A DNA stretch of 64,000 bases from an uncultured bacterium (GCA_903821355.1 CAIJKW010000018.1:1453-65452), one strand, 5' to 3'. Shown: positions 1-10,292, counted from the stretch's first letter. A program made the numbers and translations. Notes: generated by a model from the letters alone, not told the origin.

Positions 1-19
1 TTATTAATAATCAATCAAC

Positions 20-379
20 ATGGATCAAACACAAAACAATTCGAATCATTTAACAGCTGACGAAATAGCTTCTCTTCATGGTGAGGATTTAAAAAGAGCT
101 CTCAGTGAAAGATTGCAGGGGTTTAAAGATGGGGTTGCTCAAATAGATTCTTCACTTGAAAGTGTTAAAGAAGAGGTTGATAACATGCCGGAAGTTGATG
201 AAAAAAAGGTTAATAAAGAAGATGATGTGGTGATTGCTGAAATGGTAAAGAAGTTAGACGAAGACTTAAATTCTGCAGCGGTTGACTTGGCCACGGATGA
301 CCAAATACTAGAGGATGTTAACAGTGTTGATGAAAACGAGGGTGACTCCGAAGATTTGGATACGGAGCCAATAGCCTAA
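20..379 (+). CDS. hypothetical acidic protein
   Basis: 119-aa D/E-rich ORF followed by a terminator-like hairpin; no recognisable family. Confidence 0.6.
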   Translation: MDQTQNNSNHLTADEIASLHGEDLKRALSERLQGFKDGVAQIDSSLESVKEEVDNMPEVDEKKVNKEDDVVIAEMVKKLDEDLNSAAVDLATDDQILEDVNSVDENEGDSEDLDTEPIA

Positions 380-404
380 ATATATATTTTACTTCTGGGG
401 CTAT

Positions 405-437
405 AAGAAAGCAGGGCACACTCCCTGTTTTCTTTTT
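405..437 (+). terminator. intrinsic terminator
   Basis: aagaaagcaggg...ccctgttttctt stem followed by a T-tract. Confidence 0.6.
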
Positions 438-507
438 GCCCTGTTTTTTATCCCATAAAGGTATATAATATCGATATAAATTATACAGTTAATAACCAAT
501 AAGAAAT

Positions 508-1815
508 ATGTTTGAATTTTTAAAACACAAGAATGTTGTGGAAGAGGCTAACAAAGAGACTTTAACAACTAATTCTTCCGAAACCGTAAATGATTTGGGT
601 TTAGAAACTGAAGGTGAAAATAATCTAGAGTTGTTCTACAAAACACCAGGATATGAAGAAGCTAAGGGTGTGTATGATATTGTTGGCCAAGAAGATTTTC
701 TTATCGAATTACAGAGCCAGATTACAGAAGCAGGCTCTCAAGATGAAGATATAAATAATATACTCGTCGAGACAGACTTGGGTGCTGAAAATACAGAACT
801 TATCATGGAAGTAAAGCCAGAAGATGTTGCTGATTCTATTTTGGCAGAACAAACAGGACAAGTTGTCGGCGCTGAAGACGTCGGAGCAACACAAGGTCTT
901 GTTCATTTTGGAAAGAACATAGGAAAAAACCTACTAGTGCCAGCTGCTGCAGCCTTAACCCTTGCTTTCATTTCCTGCGACAATTCAAGAGATAAATACC
1001 CTCGTTATAAGGCAGATGCAGATGAAAAAGAAAACGTAGAAGGTGGTGTTACAAAGCAAGCAGAAACTTCGTCAAAAACAGAAACATCAACAACACAAAC
1101 TGAGTCAACAAAGACTGTTGAAAAGACTACAGATGTAAAGCCAGAAGAGGTAAAACCAGCAGAAATAAAACCTCAACCCCAAACTGAGAACGCTGTTCCA
1201 ACATCACCAGCTGTTGAAAAAGTTAGAGGACAAACAGTAGAGTCAACACTCCCAACAAGAAGAGGGGTGGCGGAGGTTTATGAAAAATTTGCTCCAGAAA
1301 TGTTGCCTTCAGGCGATCCTGTTTATGGTTATTTAACATTGAATGATGCGACAGCTGAGGCTGCAGCCAAGGGTGGTTTGAAACCCCTTCCAGAGCTTGG
1401 TATATATTCACTAGAGGTTGCAAAAAATCCAGAAAAACAAGGCATACCATTTAAATCGGTTTGGATTTTAAAGTTGAGCGAAGGAAAACTGCCAAAACCT
1501 CTAATAAAAGATGCGTCCTTTACTAGTTATATAAGTAAAACTCCCAATGGTGTTTTTCATATAAAAAATGAGAATCTTGCTAAATATAAAGCAGATTTAG
1601 CAAAAAGTATTAAAGCATCATCTGTAGACAGGGCAGGAAAATTTAGCCAAGAAGTATACAGAAGAAAGATGGAAGAAACGGCTGGTTTTTCAACAGATGA
1701 ATTGAACACAATTCTTAAATGGCTAAATGCCAAAGAAGCAGAAAGGGCGAGTCTTGTAGATAAGTGGGTTAAACCATATCAAAACAGGACGGGTACTATA
1801 AAAGATAATAAATAA
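508..1815 (+). CDS. hypothetical protein: acidic N-terminus, internal hydrophobic/lipobox-like segment, T/E/K/P-rich linker
   Basis: 435-aa ORF; LLVPAAAALTLAFISC near aa 142-157. Confidence 0.7.
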   Translation: MFEFLKHKNVVEEANKETLTTNSSETVNDLGLETEGENNLELFYKTPGYEEAKGVYDIVGQEDFLIELQSQITEAGSQDEDINNILVETDLGAENTELIMEVKPEDVADSILAEQTGQVVGAEDVGATQGLVHFGKNIGKNLLVPAAAALTLAFISCDNSRDKYPRYKADADEKENVEGGVTKQAETSSKTETSTTQTESTKTVEKTTDVKPEEVKPAEIKPQPQTENAVPTSPAVEKVRGQTVESTLPTRRGVAEVYEKFAPEMLPSGDPVYGYLTLNDATAEAAAKGGLKPLPELGIYSLEVAKNPEKQGIPFKSVWILKLSEGKLPKPLIKDASFTSYISKTPNGVFHIKNENLAKYKADLAKSIKASSVDRAGKFSQEVYRRKMEETAGFSTDELNTILKWLNAKEAERASLVDKWVKPYQNRTGTIKDNK

Positions 1816-1858
1816 AGACATTCTCGTTACAATCAACGGGTTTTGACATCACTAATTC

Positions 1859-2362
1859 ATGTATAAGACAACATCGTACTCACTTGAAGAAACCAAAAAA
1901 TTTGCAAATCTTGTTTTAAGTGAGGTTTTTCAAATTAGAAAAGAAAAACCAGAAAATAAGGCTCTATTGCTAGTTTTAAGGGGAGACCTTGGATCTGGAA
2001 AAACAGCTTTTACAAAATGTATTGGAGAAATTCTGGGAATTAAGGATGAAATAACAAGCCCGACATTTACCATAGAAAAGAGGTATAATATAAAAGGTGG
2101 AGACAGAGATCTTTGTGGTGTAGAGTCATTGATTCATATCGACGCTTTTAGACTAGAGTCTGGCAATGAAATTTTGGGAATAGATTTTAGTGAAACCCTG
2201 AAAGACCCCAAAAATCTTATTTGTTTTGAATGGCCAGAGATGGTTTCCGATATTGATATTCTGCCAACAAACGCTCCTATTGTTGAGTTTGAGTTTGTTG
2301 ATGAAAATACAAGAAAAATGTATTTCAGCCCATCACCAAACACCACACTAGAGGAGTTGTAA
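1859..2362 (+). CDS. tsaE: tRNA threonylcarbamoyladenosine biosynthesis ATPase TsaE
   Basis: GDLGSGKT P-loop, ITSPTF, HIDAFRL, EWP motifs. Confidence 0.95.
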   Translation: MYKTTSYSLEETKKFANLVLSEVFQIRKEKPENKALLLVLRGDLGSGKTAFTKCIGEILGIKDEITSPTFTIEKRYNIKGGDRDLCGVESLIHIDAFRLESGNEILGIDFSETLKDPKNLICFEWPEMVSDIDILPTNAPIVEFEFVDENTRKMYFSPSPNTTLEEL

Positions 2363-2367
2363 AAATA

Positions 2368-4902
2368 ATGATAAAAAAAACCAAGATATTAGAAAAAATA
2401 AAAAAAGATGACAGCGTGAAAGAAAAGGTGGTGGATGGTAAAAAGAAAACCTTGGTACTGCTTGATTCGCATGCGATTATTCATCGTGGTTATCATGCGT
2501 TGCCAGATTTTGCCACATCCAAGGGTGTGCCAACTGGCGCGCTCTATGGTCTTTCGTCAATGTTAATTGGAATCATTGAAAAATTTAGCCCAGATTATAT
2601 TGTTGCTTGTTATGATTTGCCTCAGCCTACCTATAGACATGAAGCTTACAAGGACTACAAGGCAGGTAGAAAAAAGAGCGATGGGGAATTGGTGGAACAG
2701 CTGAAATCATCTCGTAAAATTTTTGAGAATTTTAACATTCCAATGTACGACAAACCTGGGTTTGAGGCGGATGACATACTTGGAACTATCGTTGAGCAGA
2801 CAAAAGATATATCAAATCTAAATATTGTTATTGCATCAGGGGATATGGACACACTACAACTTGTTCGTGACAAAGAGGTTCAAGTTTTTACTCTAAAGAA
2901 GGGGATTAAGGATACTGTGACATATGATGAAGACGCTGTGGTTGAGCGATTTGGTTTTTTGCCAAAATATTTGCCAGATTACAAGGGACTTAGGGGTGAT
3001 ACATCTGATAATATTATTGGAATTGTTGGCATTGGAGAAAAAACAGCTACAACTCTAATTTCCCATTTCAAAACCATAGAAAATATTTATAAGGTTTTGA
3101 ATGATCGTAAAAAAGATGGCGCTCAAGAGTTTAAAAAACTTGGTATTACCGATAGAATAATTGAACTTCTAAAAAATGGAGAAGATGAAGCTGTATTTAG
3201 TAAAATGCTCGCGACAATCAGACGCGATGCTCCAATTAAGTTTGAATTGTTGGAGAAAACATGGAAAGAGTCTTTTGATATTAATAAAGCTGAGCAGATT
3301 TTTGACGAATTTGAATTTCGTACACTTGGCGCAAGATTAAAAAACATTATGCAGAAGCAGGGTGTTGATGTTTCTGGTAATAACGCATCAGGCGGTGGTC
3401 TATTTGATGCGACCGTTGACGGCAATATTAATTCTACAATACCAACATCGGTTGAAGTTCTAGAAGACATCAGTGATGAGCAAAAGAAAAAGGTTTGTAT
3501 TGCTTTGTGGGTTTTAAATTCCAGTCTAACAAATCCATCGTATGAGGATGTCTTAAGGTATACAAAATCAAAAAAATATGAAGATATAGAAAAATATCTT
3601 CTAAAAGAGATTGAAAAACAAGGATTAAATAGGGTTTTAAATGAGATTGAATTACCACTAATCCCTGTGATTTCAAAAATGGAGGAAGATGGAATTTTGC
3701 TTGATAAAAAATATCTAAAAAAACTATCTGAAGATTATCATGTTGAATTGAGTAGATTGGAAAAAGAAATTTGGAAAATGGCCGGAAGAGAGTTTAATAT
3801 TGATTCACCAAAACAACTCGGTGTTGTAATTTTTGAAGAAATGAATTTGGGAGATGGAATGGGTGCAAAACGTCTCAAAAAAACCGCGTCGGGTGCTCGT
3901 TCGACAAAAGAATCTGAATTGGAAAAATTAAAAGGTGTTCATCCTGTGATTGATAAAATTTTGGAATATAGAGAATTAGCAAAACTACTCTCTACCTACA
4001 TTGACCCATTACCACTTCTTACGGATTCAAAAAATAGGCTACATGCAAAATTTCTACAAGCAGGCACAACAACAGGGAGAATGTCATCGCAAAATCCTAA
4101 TTTACAAAACATTCCAACAAAGACTGATTTAGGAAGGAGGGTTAGGGGCGGATTCATTGCAGACAAAGGTTCTGTCTTGCTTGCTTTTGATTATTCTCAA
4201 ATAGAACTTAGAATTGCTGCAATAATGTCTGGCGATAAAAACTTGATAGAAATTTTCAAAAAAGGACAAGATGTTCACACCGGTGTCGCTTCAAAAGTTT
4301 TTAAGGTCAAAGAAAATGAGGTGACTAAAGACATGCGAAGACAAGCAAAGGTTATTAACTTTGGAATATTGTACGGGATGGGGGTAAACGCACTTAAAAC
4401 AAATCTTGGAAGCACTAAAGATGAAGCTCAAACTTTTTATAATGAATATTTTAAAACTTTCTCACGTGTCGCTGAGTTTTTGGAAGAGACAAAAAGATTT
4501 GCTGAGCAAAATGGTTACACAGAGACACTGTTTGGTCGCAGGCGTTATTTTGAGGGTATTAGGTCTAAACTACCGTTCATTAGAGCTGCTGCTGAGCGTA
4601 TGGCCATTAACGCGCCAATTCAAGGTACTTCTGCTGATATAATTAAAATAAGTATGCGTAAGATATTTGATTATATTAATGATTCCAAAAACAAAGAGGT
4701 TTATGGTCGAGTTAAAATGCTTTTGCAGGTTCATGATGAATTGGTTTTTGAAGTTGTAGATGATAAAGATTTTATAAAGAACATATCAAAACAAATTCAA
4801 AATCTTATGCAGGATGTTTTGAGTGTGGAGCAATCCAAGGGCGTGCCGATTGTAACATCGTCAAATATTGGATTAAATTGGGGAGAAATGAAGGATTTGT
4901 AA
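2368..4902 (+). CDS. polA: DNA polymerase I (5'-3' exonuclease + polymerase; 3'-5' exonuclease region reduced)
   Basis: FEADD, GDTSDNI, TGRMSSQNPNLQNIP, DYSQIELR, QVHDEL. Confidence 0.97.
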   Translation: MIKKTKILEKIKKDDSVKEKVVDGKKKTLVLLDSHAIIHRGYHALPDFATSKGVPTGALYGLSSMLIGIIEKFSPDYIVACYDLPQPTYRHEAYKDYKAGRKKSDGELVEQLKSSRKIFENFNIPMYDKPGFEADDILGTIVEQTKDISNLNIVIASGDMDTLQLVRDKEVQVFTLKKGIKDTVTYDEDAVVERFGFLPKYLPDYKGLRGDTSDNIIGIVGIGEKTATTLISHFKTIENIYKVLNDRKKDGAQEFKKLGITDRIIELLKNGEDEAVFSKMLATIRRDAPIKFELLEKTWKESFDINKAEQIFDEFEFRTLGARLKNIMQKQGVDVSGNNASGGGLFDATVDGNINSTIPTSVEVLEDISDEQKKKVCIALWVLNSSLTNPSYEDVLRYTKSKKYEDIEKYLLKEIEKQGLNRVLNEIELPLIPVISKMEEDGILLDKKYLKKLSEDYHVELSRLEKEIWKMAGREFNIDSPKQLGVVIFEEMNLGDGMGAKRLKKTASGARSTKESELEKLKGVHPVIDKILEYRELAKLLSTYIDPLPLLTDSKNRLHAKFLQAGTTTGRMSSQNPNLQNIPTKTDLGRRVRGGFIADKGSVLLAFDYSQIELRIAAIMSGDKNLIEIFKKGQDVHTGVASKVFKVKENEVTKDMRRQAKVINFGILYGMGVNALKTNLGSTKDEAQTFYNEYFKTFSRVAEFLEETKRFAEQNGYTETLFGRRRYFEGIRSKLPFIRAAAERMAINAPIQGTSADIIKISMRKIFDYINDSKNKEVYGRVKMLLQVHDELVFEVVDDKDFIKNISKQIQNLMQDVLSVEQSKGVPIVTSSNIGLNWGEMKDL

Positions 4903-4918
4903 AACAACAATACACAAC

Positions 4919-5641
4919 ATGCTTTATTTACTACACGGTACAAACACAAACAAAGTCAGGGCTAAACAAAAAGAGCTTATTGGTATTATGCAAAGCAAGC
5001 AACCTGATGTTTCTTTGTATAAAATAGCGCAGGAAAATTGGAATGAAAATATTTTGGACGAACTTCTAGGAAGCCAGGGGTTGTTTTTGGCCAAGTACAT
5101 TGTAACCCTTGACGGGCTTCTGGAGAATAAGGAAATTGCACCATCTATCATCGGTATTTTAAACGATTTAAAGGAAAGTGATCATGCTTGGATAATTATA
5201 GAAGAAAAAATTAGTGCACCCAATCTTAAAAAGTTAGAGAAGTTTGTTTTTAAGACTTTTGATTTTAATAACAGTAGTGGCACAGATGAAAAGAAACAAA
5301 GAATAAATGCCTTTAATTTTGCAGAACAGTTTGCTTCCAAAAATAAAGTAGGAGCTTGGAATGAGTTTTTAAAATTAAAAGAAGCTGAACTTGCGGGGGA
5401 GGAGATACATGGAGTGTTGTGGTGGCAGATGAAGTCTGTTTATTTAGCAAAATTTTGTAAAACGGTTGATGATACTGGGTTGACCCCATATTCCTATCAG
5501 AAAGCGCTTAGGTTCTCCAAGGCTTGGGAAATAAAAGAAATAAATACGATATTAGATAGGTTAGTTGAAATGTATCATGAGGCACACAGAGGGAACTCTG
5601 ATTTGTTGGTCAACCTTGAAAAAGTGTCTCTGCAGCTTTAA
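4919..5641 (+). CDS. holA: DNA polymerase III delta subunit-like (short form)
   Basis: MLYLLHG N-terminus, SQGLF motif, helical C-terminus; follows polA. Confidence 0.7.
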   Translation: MLYLLHGTNTNKVRAKQKELIGIMQSKQPDVSLYKIAQENWNENILDELLGSQGLFLAKYIVTLDGLLENKEIAPSIIGILNDLKESDHAWIIIEEKISAPNLKKLEKFVFKTFDFNNSSGTDEKKQRINAFNFAEQFASKNKVGAWNEFLKLKEAELAGEEIHGVLWWQMKSVYLAKFCKTVDDTGLTPYSYQKALRFSKAWEIKEINTILDRLVEMYHEAHRGNSDLLVNLEKVSLQL

Positions 5642-5706
5642 CTCCTAAATATAGAAAATTTTAATATTGGAACTAAAAGGTGAAAACCATTAGACTTTGT
5701 AATTTG

Positions 5707-5779
5707 TCCGCTCGGTAGGAATCGAACCTACGACCCTCTGCTTAAAAGGCAGGTGCTCTACCGACTGAGCTACGAGCGG
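5707..5779 (-). tRNA. tRNA-Lys(TTT)
   Basis: revcomp CCGCTCG TAGCTCAGTCGGTAGAGC A CCTGC CTTTTAA GCAGA...GTAGG TTCGATT CCTAC CGAGCGG A. Confidence 0.93.
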
Positions 5780-5851
5780 ATATATTTGATCAAACTAACA
5801 TTCTTGTCTGTATTATCAAATAATGTTAAAACTATATCAAATAATCAAAAA

Positions 5852-6418
5852 ATGTCTAATATTAAGAACGATAAAGATTTAAAAAGCCATGATTCAACAA
5901 ATGGCCTGGTGGCAAAAGGTTCACGCCATCATGATTTTGAGGCTGTCGTTGTTTTGCCTGACATAAGGAGTGCCCATAATGTTGGCTCTATTTTCAGGAC
6001 ATCTGACGCTTCTGGGGTAAGTAAGATCTATCTTTCTGGCTATACCCCAACGCCTTTAAATAAATTTCATAGACCCCAACCCCAAATTACCAAGACCGCA
6101 CTTGGTGCAGAAAAAACAATTCCTTGGGAATATTTTGAGAGCCATATCGTTTTGTTAAATAAATTAAAAAAGGAAGGGTTTAAGATTATTGCTGTTGAAC
6201 AAACAATAAAATCTGTAAATTATAAAGATTTAAAAAATGACGATTTGTTTGGTGTGAATAAAAAAGTCGCGTTTGTTTTTGGGAACGAGGTTGATGGTTT
6301 GCCAAAGGTAATATTAAACAAAACAGATGTTTGTGTAGAGCTACCAATGAATGGGGCGAAAGAGTCTCTAAATGTTTCCGTGACAGCGGGAATTGTGTTA
6401 TTTCAATATTTGACTTGA
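5852..6418 (+). CDS. SpoU/TrmH-family RNA methyltransferase
   Basis: DIRSAHNVGSIFRT, FGNEVDGL, ESLNVSV SPOUT motifs; start moved to ATG 5852 because the 5753 start overlaps the tRNA. Confidence 0.92.
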   Translation: MSNIKNDKDLKSHDSTNGLVAKGSRHHDFEAVVVLPDIRSAHNVGSIFRTSDASGVSKIYLSGYTPTPLNKFHRPQPQITKTALGAEKTIPWEYFESHIVLLNKLKKEGFKIIAVEQTIKSVNYKDLKNDDLFGVNKKVAFVFGNEVDGLPKVILNKTDVCVELPMNGAKESLNVSVTAGIVLFQYLT

Positions 6419-7398
6419 TGTTTGTCACAGTAATGAGTGCTTCTTCCTCCTACCACAATTCTTTTTATAATCGTATCTTTTTTCCCAAAGCATTCTTTTT
6501 TGCTACATTTTTGTCCTGTTTTTCTATAAGCATTATGTTTTTCTTGGAAAGAACCCTTCTCCCCATCGATGTTTCTATAATCGGACATGGAGTCGCCACC
6601 AAAATCTATTCCATTTTTTAAAACTAACAGAATGGAATCAAAGAGATTCTTTAAGGCTTTTGATTTTATTTTTTTAACAACACTTTCAGGGTGAATGTCT
6701 GCAAGCCACAGAGCTTCATCGGAATAAATATTTCCAATACCGGCAATAATTGTCTGATCAAGTAAAACCGTTTTTATTTTTCCGTTTGGTTTTTTGTTGA
6801 TTTGAGTTTTGAATATTTCAAAATCAAAATCTTTAGTTAAAGGTTCAGGTCCTAAGTGTGCCAAATCAGGGGAGTGAAAAATATTATCAGTTTTAATAAC
6901 CGTAACCTTTGCGAATTTTCTGGTATCAGAGAGAACGAGATGTTTTTCTTCGTCTGATTTTTTTGTATTTTTAGCACCATCAATTTGAAGGCTAAAAACA
7001 AGCCTGATATGGGAGTTAAAGGGGTCGTTCAGTGCTTTGTTGTTTTTGTCGGCTGGTTTCCAGGGATCCTCTTTGTTTTTGCTTTTCTGAGCATTGTTGC
7101 TTACATGGGTGTTTATATATTTACCAAACATTAGATGTCCAGTCATCTTCATGTGTATAAGAATTGTTTCTTTGTTATCAAGGTGGATTAAGATGTTTTT
7201 TGCACGACGCTCTGCTTTTAAAACTTTTGCACCAATAATTCTTTTCTTAAACTCTGTAAAAAATACTGGATCTTTTATATTTTGTTTGGATTTATAGTAT
7301 GGGCTGTTGTAAATACTCCAAATATCGATGACTTTTGCACCTTTAACTTTTTTATTTAATCCATCAACAGTTGTTTGTACTTCAGGTAGTTCTGGCAT
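6403..7398 (-). CDS. mutM: formamidopyrimidine-DNA glycosylase
   Basis: MPELPEV N-terminus, HMKMTG, GIGNIYSDEAL H2TH, C-terminal Zn finger with GRSTHYC. Confidence 0.96.
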   Translation of the reverse strand: MPELPEVQTTVDGLNKKVKGAKVIDIWSIYNSPYYKSKQNIKDPVFFTEFKKRIIGAKVLKAERRAKNILIHLDNKETILIHMKMTGHLMFGKYINTHVSNNAQKSKNKEDPWKPADKNNKALNDPFNSHIRLVFSLQIDGAKNTKKSDEEKHLVLSDTRKFAKVTVIKTDNIFHSPDLAHLGPEPLTKDFDFEIFKTQINKKPNGKIKTVLLDQTIIAGIGNIYSDEALWLADIHPESVVKKIKSKALKNLFDSILLVLKNGIDFGGDSMSDYRNIDGEKGSFQEKHNAYRKTGQKCSKKECFGKKDTIIKRIVVGGRSTHYCDKHQVKY

Positions 7399-7457
7399 TT
7401 GATTAAATTGGTTCGTTTGTGTGTTAAAGATTACTTCAAAAATTTGGGACGTTAACT

Positions 7458-8075
7458 TTAGCTTAACATTTTAAGCGTCGCTTTTATTATTGCGCCAACA
7501 TCTTTGCTGTCTTTAGTTTCTTTAGAAACATTCTCAAGAGCCTCTCTTGCTTCTCTTTGTGTATAGCCCAGAGATTTAAGTGCCTCTAATGCTTCCACTT
7601 CAACACTTCTACCTTGCTTGTTGTATTGAGAAAGTCCTTCATCATCAGAACCTTCCTCTGTGCTCCCCAAGATTTTTCCCTTAAGTTCTAGTATAATTTT
7701 TTCAGCTATTTTTTTACTTATGCCAGACACACTCGTTAAATATGACGAATCTTGGGAAACGATAGCTTGTCTTAATTTAGTTGTGGTTGCTAAACCTAAA
7801 ATATTTAAAGCCGATTTTGGCCCTATTCCGGAGACACTGAGAAGGAGATCGAAAAAATCTAAGGATCCTTTGTTTTTAAATCCGTATAAGTCTATAGCAT
7901 CGTCCTTGACGACTGTGTGAATCCAGAGGTTTGCATGTTCACCAATACCCACTTCTGATATAAAATCAGGTGTTGTGTAAACCTTATACCCAACACCACT
8001 TAAGCCATCTCCAGTGTTTACAATCAAGAATTTATCATCTTTATAAAATATTTCTCCCTTTAGGTATCCTATCAT
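7458..8075 (-). CDS. ruvA: Holliday junction branch migration protein RuvA
   Basis: MIGYLKG, GVGY, LYGF, VSGIGPKSA HhH, ALKSLGY. Confidence 0.96.
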   Translation of the reverse strand: MIGYLKGEIFYKDDKFLIVNTGDGLSGVGYKVYTTPDFISEVGIGEHANLWIHTVVKDDAIDLYGFKNKGSLDFFDLLLSVSGIGPKSALNILGLATTTKLRQAIVSQDSSYLTSVSGISKKIAEKIILELKGKILGSTEEGSDDEGLSQYNKQGRSVEVEALEALKSLGYTQREAREALENVSKETKDSKDVGAIIKATLKMLS

Positions 8076-8192
8076 TCTTGTATTGTAGCATAAAAAGGCT
8101 TGTTAATTAATCAAAAGAATTGTAGTATTTTATTGGAATTGGGCGGGTGCCTAATTTTTGAACAATTTGAACCCATAACACCGAAGTAACAA

Positions 8193-8834
8193 ATGAAAAG
8201 TCTAGTTAGTTCTAGTTCTCAGGTTTTGATGAGTGGCCACGCACTAAGGAGGATGGATCAATGGAGATTGTCGCCTTGGCAAGTCGTCGACAGCTTGGCT
8301 TACGGGAGGGCTTTGGAGATAGAGTCTGGGCGGGACGATTTCCTTGCCGGCATCAAAAAGTATGGAATTTGGAATTTTGCACTTGGTCAAAGCATGACAA
8401 CTGTTGTTGCGCCAGACCATTGTATTATCACCATGTACCCGACCAGACATTTTTTCCTAGGCAAGGACCGGGTTAGATCCATATCACACCTCTCAAGAAG
8501 CCCCTACTTCTTACCAGAGCTCTCCCTTTCCATGAGCTCAAAGTTTGAGGTTTCTGTTTTGGCGCAAGAGCGGGGTGCTCCACGCTTTGCGTGCCCCAAC
8601 ACTTTTGTTGCTAGCAGAATTTGCAAATCAAACAAGACGCCCCAGGTCTTGCAACTACTCAGGTCTCGATGTTTGAAGAAGATGGTAACTTCAATTTGCA
8701 ACGAGGAGTTGGAGGGGTTAATCCCGATTGACATTCGTATAGGAGACGGGGTCAAGATTCCTCTCTCCGCTGTGTTTGAACGGCAGGACCACCAAGGCAG
8801 GACTATTTTGCCGTGGACATCCAGGAGGGATTGA
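8193..8834 (+). CDS. hypothetical protein with DUF4258-like N-terminus
   Basis: SGHALRRMDQWRLSPWQVVDSL...IITMY resembles DUF4258 (HAxxRMxxR...viTvy); own promoter and terminator; higher GC than flanks. Confidence 0.5.
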   Translation: MKSLVSSSSQVLMSGHALRRMDQWRLSPWQVVDSLAYGRALEIESGRDDFLAGIKKYGIWNFALGQSMTTVVAPDHCIITMYPTRHFFLGKDRVRSISHLSRSPYFLPELSLSMSSKFEVSVLAQERGAPRFACPNTFVASRICKSNKTPQVLQLLRSRCLKKMVTSICNEELEGLIPIDIRIGDGVKIPLSAVFERQDHQGRTILPWTSRRD

Positions 8835-8847
8835 TGTTTCAGCCTAG

Positions 8848-8878
8848 ATGGCCCCGCGCGTTTTACGCGCGGGGCCAT
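8848..8878 (+). terminator. GC-rich hairpin / terminator
   Basis: atggccccgcgcgt-ttt-acgcgcggggccat inverted repeat. Confidence 0.6.
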
Positions 8879-8940
8879 TCTCAATTAATCCACTCAAAAT
8901 TTGTCAAAACAACTCTTTTCTGCTATTGTTTCAAATACAT

Positions 8941-9201
8941 ATGCCAATAACCAAATCAGCAAAAAAAGCACTTAGAGGTTCAGAGAGAAAGAGAGTTGTT
9001 AATGTTCGTCGTAAGAAAAAAGTAGATACAGCCGTTAAGGATGTAAAGAAACTTACAACTACAAATAAAGCTGATGCTCAATCAGCACTTTCTAAGGCTT
9101 ACAAGGAATTAGACAAAGCTGCAAAAAACGGTCTTATAAAGAAAGGCGCAGCAGATAGAAAGAAATCAAGATTAAGTAAGATGGTAAAGAAGTTAGGATA
9201 A
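8941..9201 (+). CDS. rpsT: 30S ribosomal protein S20
   Basis: MPITKSAKKALR...LDKAAKNGLIKKGAADRKKSRL; true start ATG 8941. Confidence 0.96.
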   Translation: MPITKSAKKALRGSERKRVVNVRRKKKVDTAVKDVKKLTTTNKADAQSALSKAYKELDKAAKNGLIKKGAADRKKSRLSKMVKKLG

Positions 9202-9217
9202 TATTTTTATAATCTAT

Positions 9218-9260
9218 AAAAACAAAAACCTTAGACATGGATGTCTAAGGTTTTTGTTTT
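9218..9260. terminator. bidirectional intrinsic terminator
   Basis: aaaacaaaaaccttagacat-gg-atgtctaaggtttttgtttt between convergent genes. Confidence 0.8.
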
Positions 9261-9277
9261 GTTTGTTGAGTAAAATC

Positions 9278-9979
9278 TTACTGATTTGTGTTTAAATCAA
9301 AGGATTCCTTTTCATGAATATTTTTAAATTCATTTGAATTACCGTTTCCTTCGTCAGCATCTATTACTGTGAGGGGTGTGGGTACACCATTGTCTTCAAC
9401 TAAGACATGATTTTCCGTGCCTCTATGGTTGTTTAAACCAACATCAGCATTTTCTTCTTCTATGATCAATTCCATAATAATATCTTTTACCCTTTGTGGA
9501 TCAGAGACTTGTTCAAAGAAAAACTTATGGTCTTTACCTGCGGTTTGTATTTCTACAACGCCGTAGTTAAAAAAGGTAGGTATTAAACCCTCAATTCTAT
9601 AAGACACATCTTGTATTTTATCTAACTGTAGTTCCGCCACGTTTCTGTTAAAGAACCCTCCTTGCAAACTATCAATGATTCTTTTTGTCGTTACAATCCA
9701 ATTATCCAAAGTGTACATTGTGATTGTATAGAATAACCAAAACCACAAAACAAGATAGTATGTAACCCAAAAGAAAGAAAAAATAGATATTAGATTATAA
9801 TTTACGATAAAAGAACTTAGTACCACTAATAATACAATAGGTAAAAAGATGTAGATAATCACAAGTAATATTTGTACACTCAATGTAAACCAATGCCTGT
9901 GTAAAACCAAAACAACATCCTCTGTGTCTTCTTTTCCTTCGAAAAACCAATTTTGTTTTTTAAGTATAATTCTTGCCAT
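9278..9979 (-). CDS. membrane protein with bacterial PH (bPH_2-like) domain
   Basis: two TM helices then WIVTTKRII...IQDVSY...NYGVVEIQTAG. Confidence 0.75.
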   Translation of the reverse strand: MARIILKKQNWFFEGKEDTEDVVLVLHRHWFTLSVQILLVIIYIFLPIVLLVVLSSFIVNYNLISIFSFFWVTYYLVLWFWLFYTITMYTLDNWIVTTKRIIDSLQGGFFNRNVAELQLDKIQDVSYRIEGLIPTFFNYGVVEIQTAGKDHKFFFEQVSDPQRVKDIIMELIIEEENADVGLNNHRGTENHVLVEDNGVPTPLTVIDADEGNGNSNEFKNIHEKESFDLNTNQ

Positions 9980-9980
9980 A

Positions 9981-10223
9981 TTATTTTAGGTTAGCTTTTG
10001 GGGTGTTATTTTGAATTCCTGTAAAGATACTTTGCCAATTTATCTGTGTAAAAAGCATAAAACTTAATATGCTTAATACAATTGATCCCGCTAAAAAGAC
10101 GGTAGCAATCTTTTTGGGCCAAGATGTGATTCCATATTTAATAAGGTGGTAAACAATAAAGAATGCTCCTATCCAGTAGATAGCCAAGTATATTAGAGGT
10201 ATTGAAATCAGTATGCCTTTCAT
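9981..10223 (-). CDS. small membrane protein
   Basis: 80 aa, two TM segments; upstream TGaTAAACT-N6-ATG. Confidence 0.7.
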   Translation of the reverse strand: MKGILISIPLIYLAIYWIGAFFIVYHLIKYGITSWPKKIATVFLAGSIVLSILSFMLFTQINWQSIFTGIQNNTPKANLK

Positions 10224-10292
10224 GTTTATAGTTTATCACACAAACATGACGTTTTGGTAGTGTCTCGATCGAGAATTTCTTATGAAATATTT

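Noticed and set aside
5753-5851. Upstream starts given in the ORF track (5753, 8848, 17919, 27843, 31018, 45274, 46874, 53748)
   Set aside because: They overlap tRNAs, terminators or promoters, or precede the recognisable N-terminus; downstream ATGs fit better.
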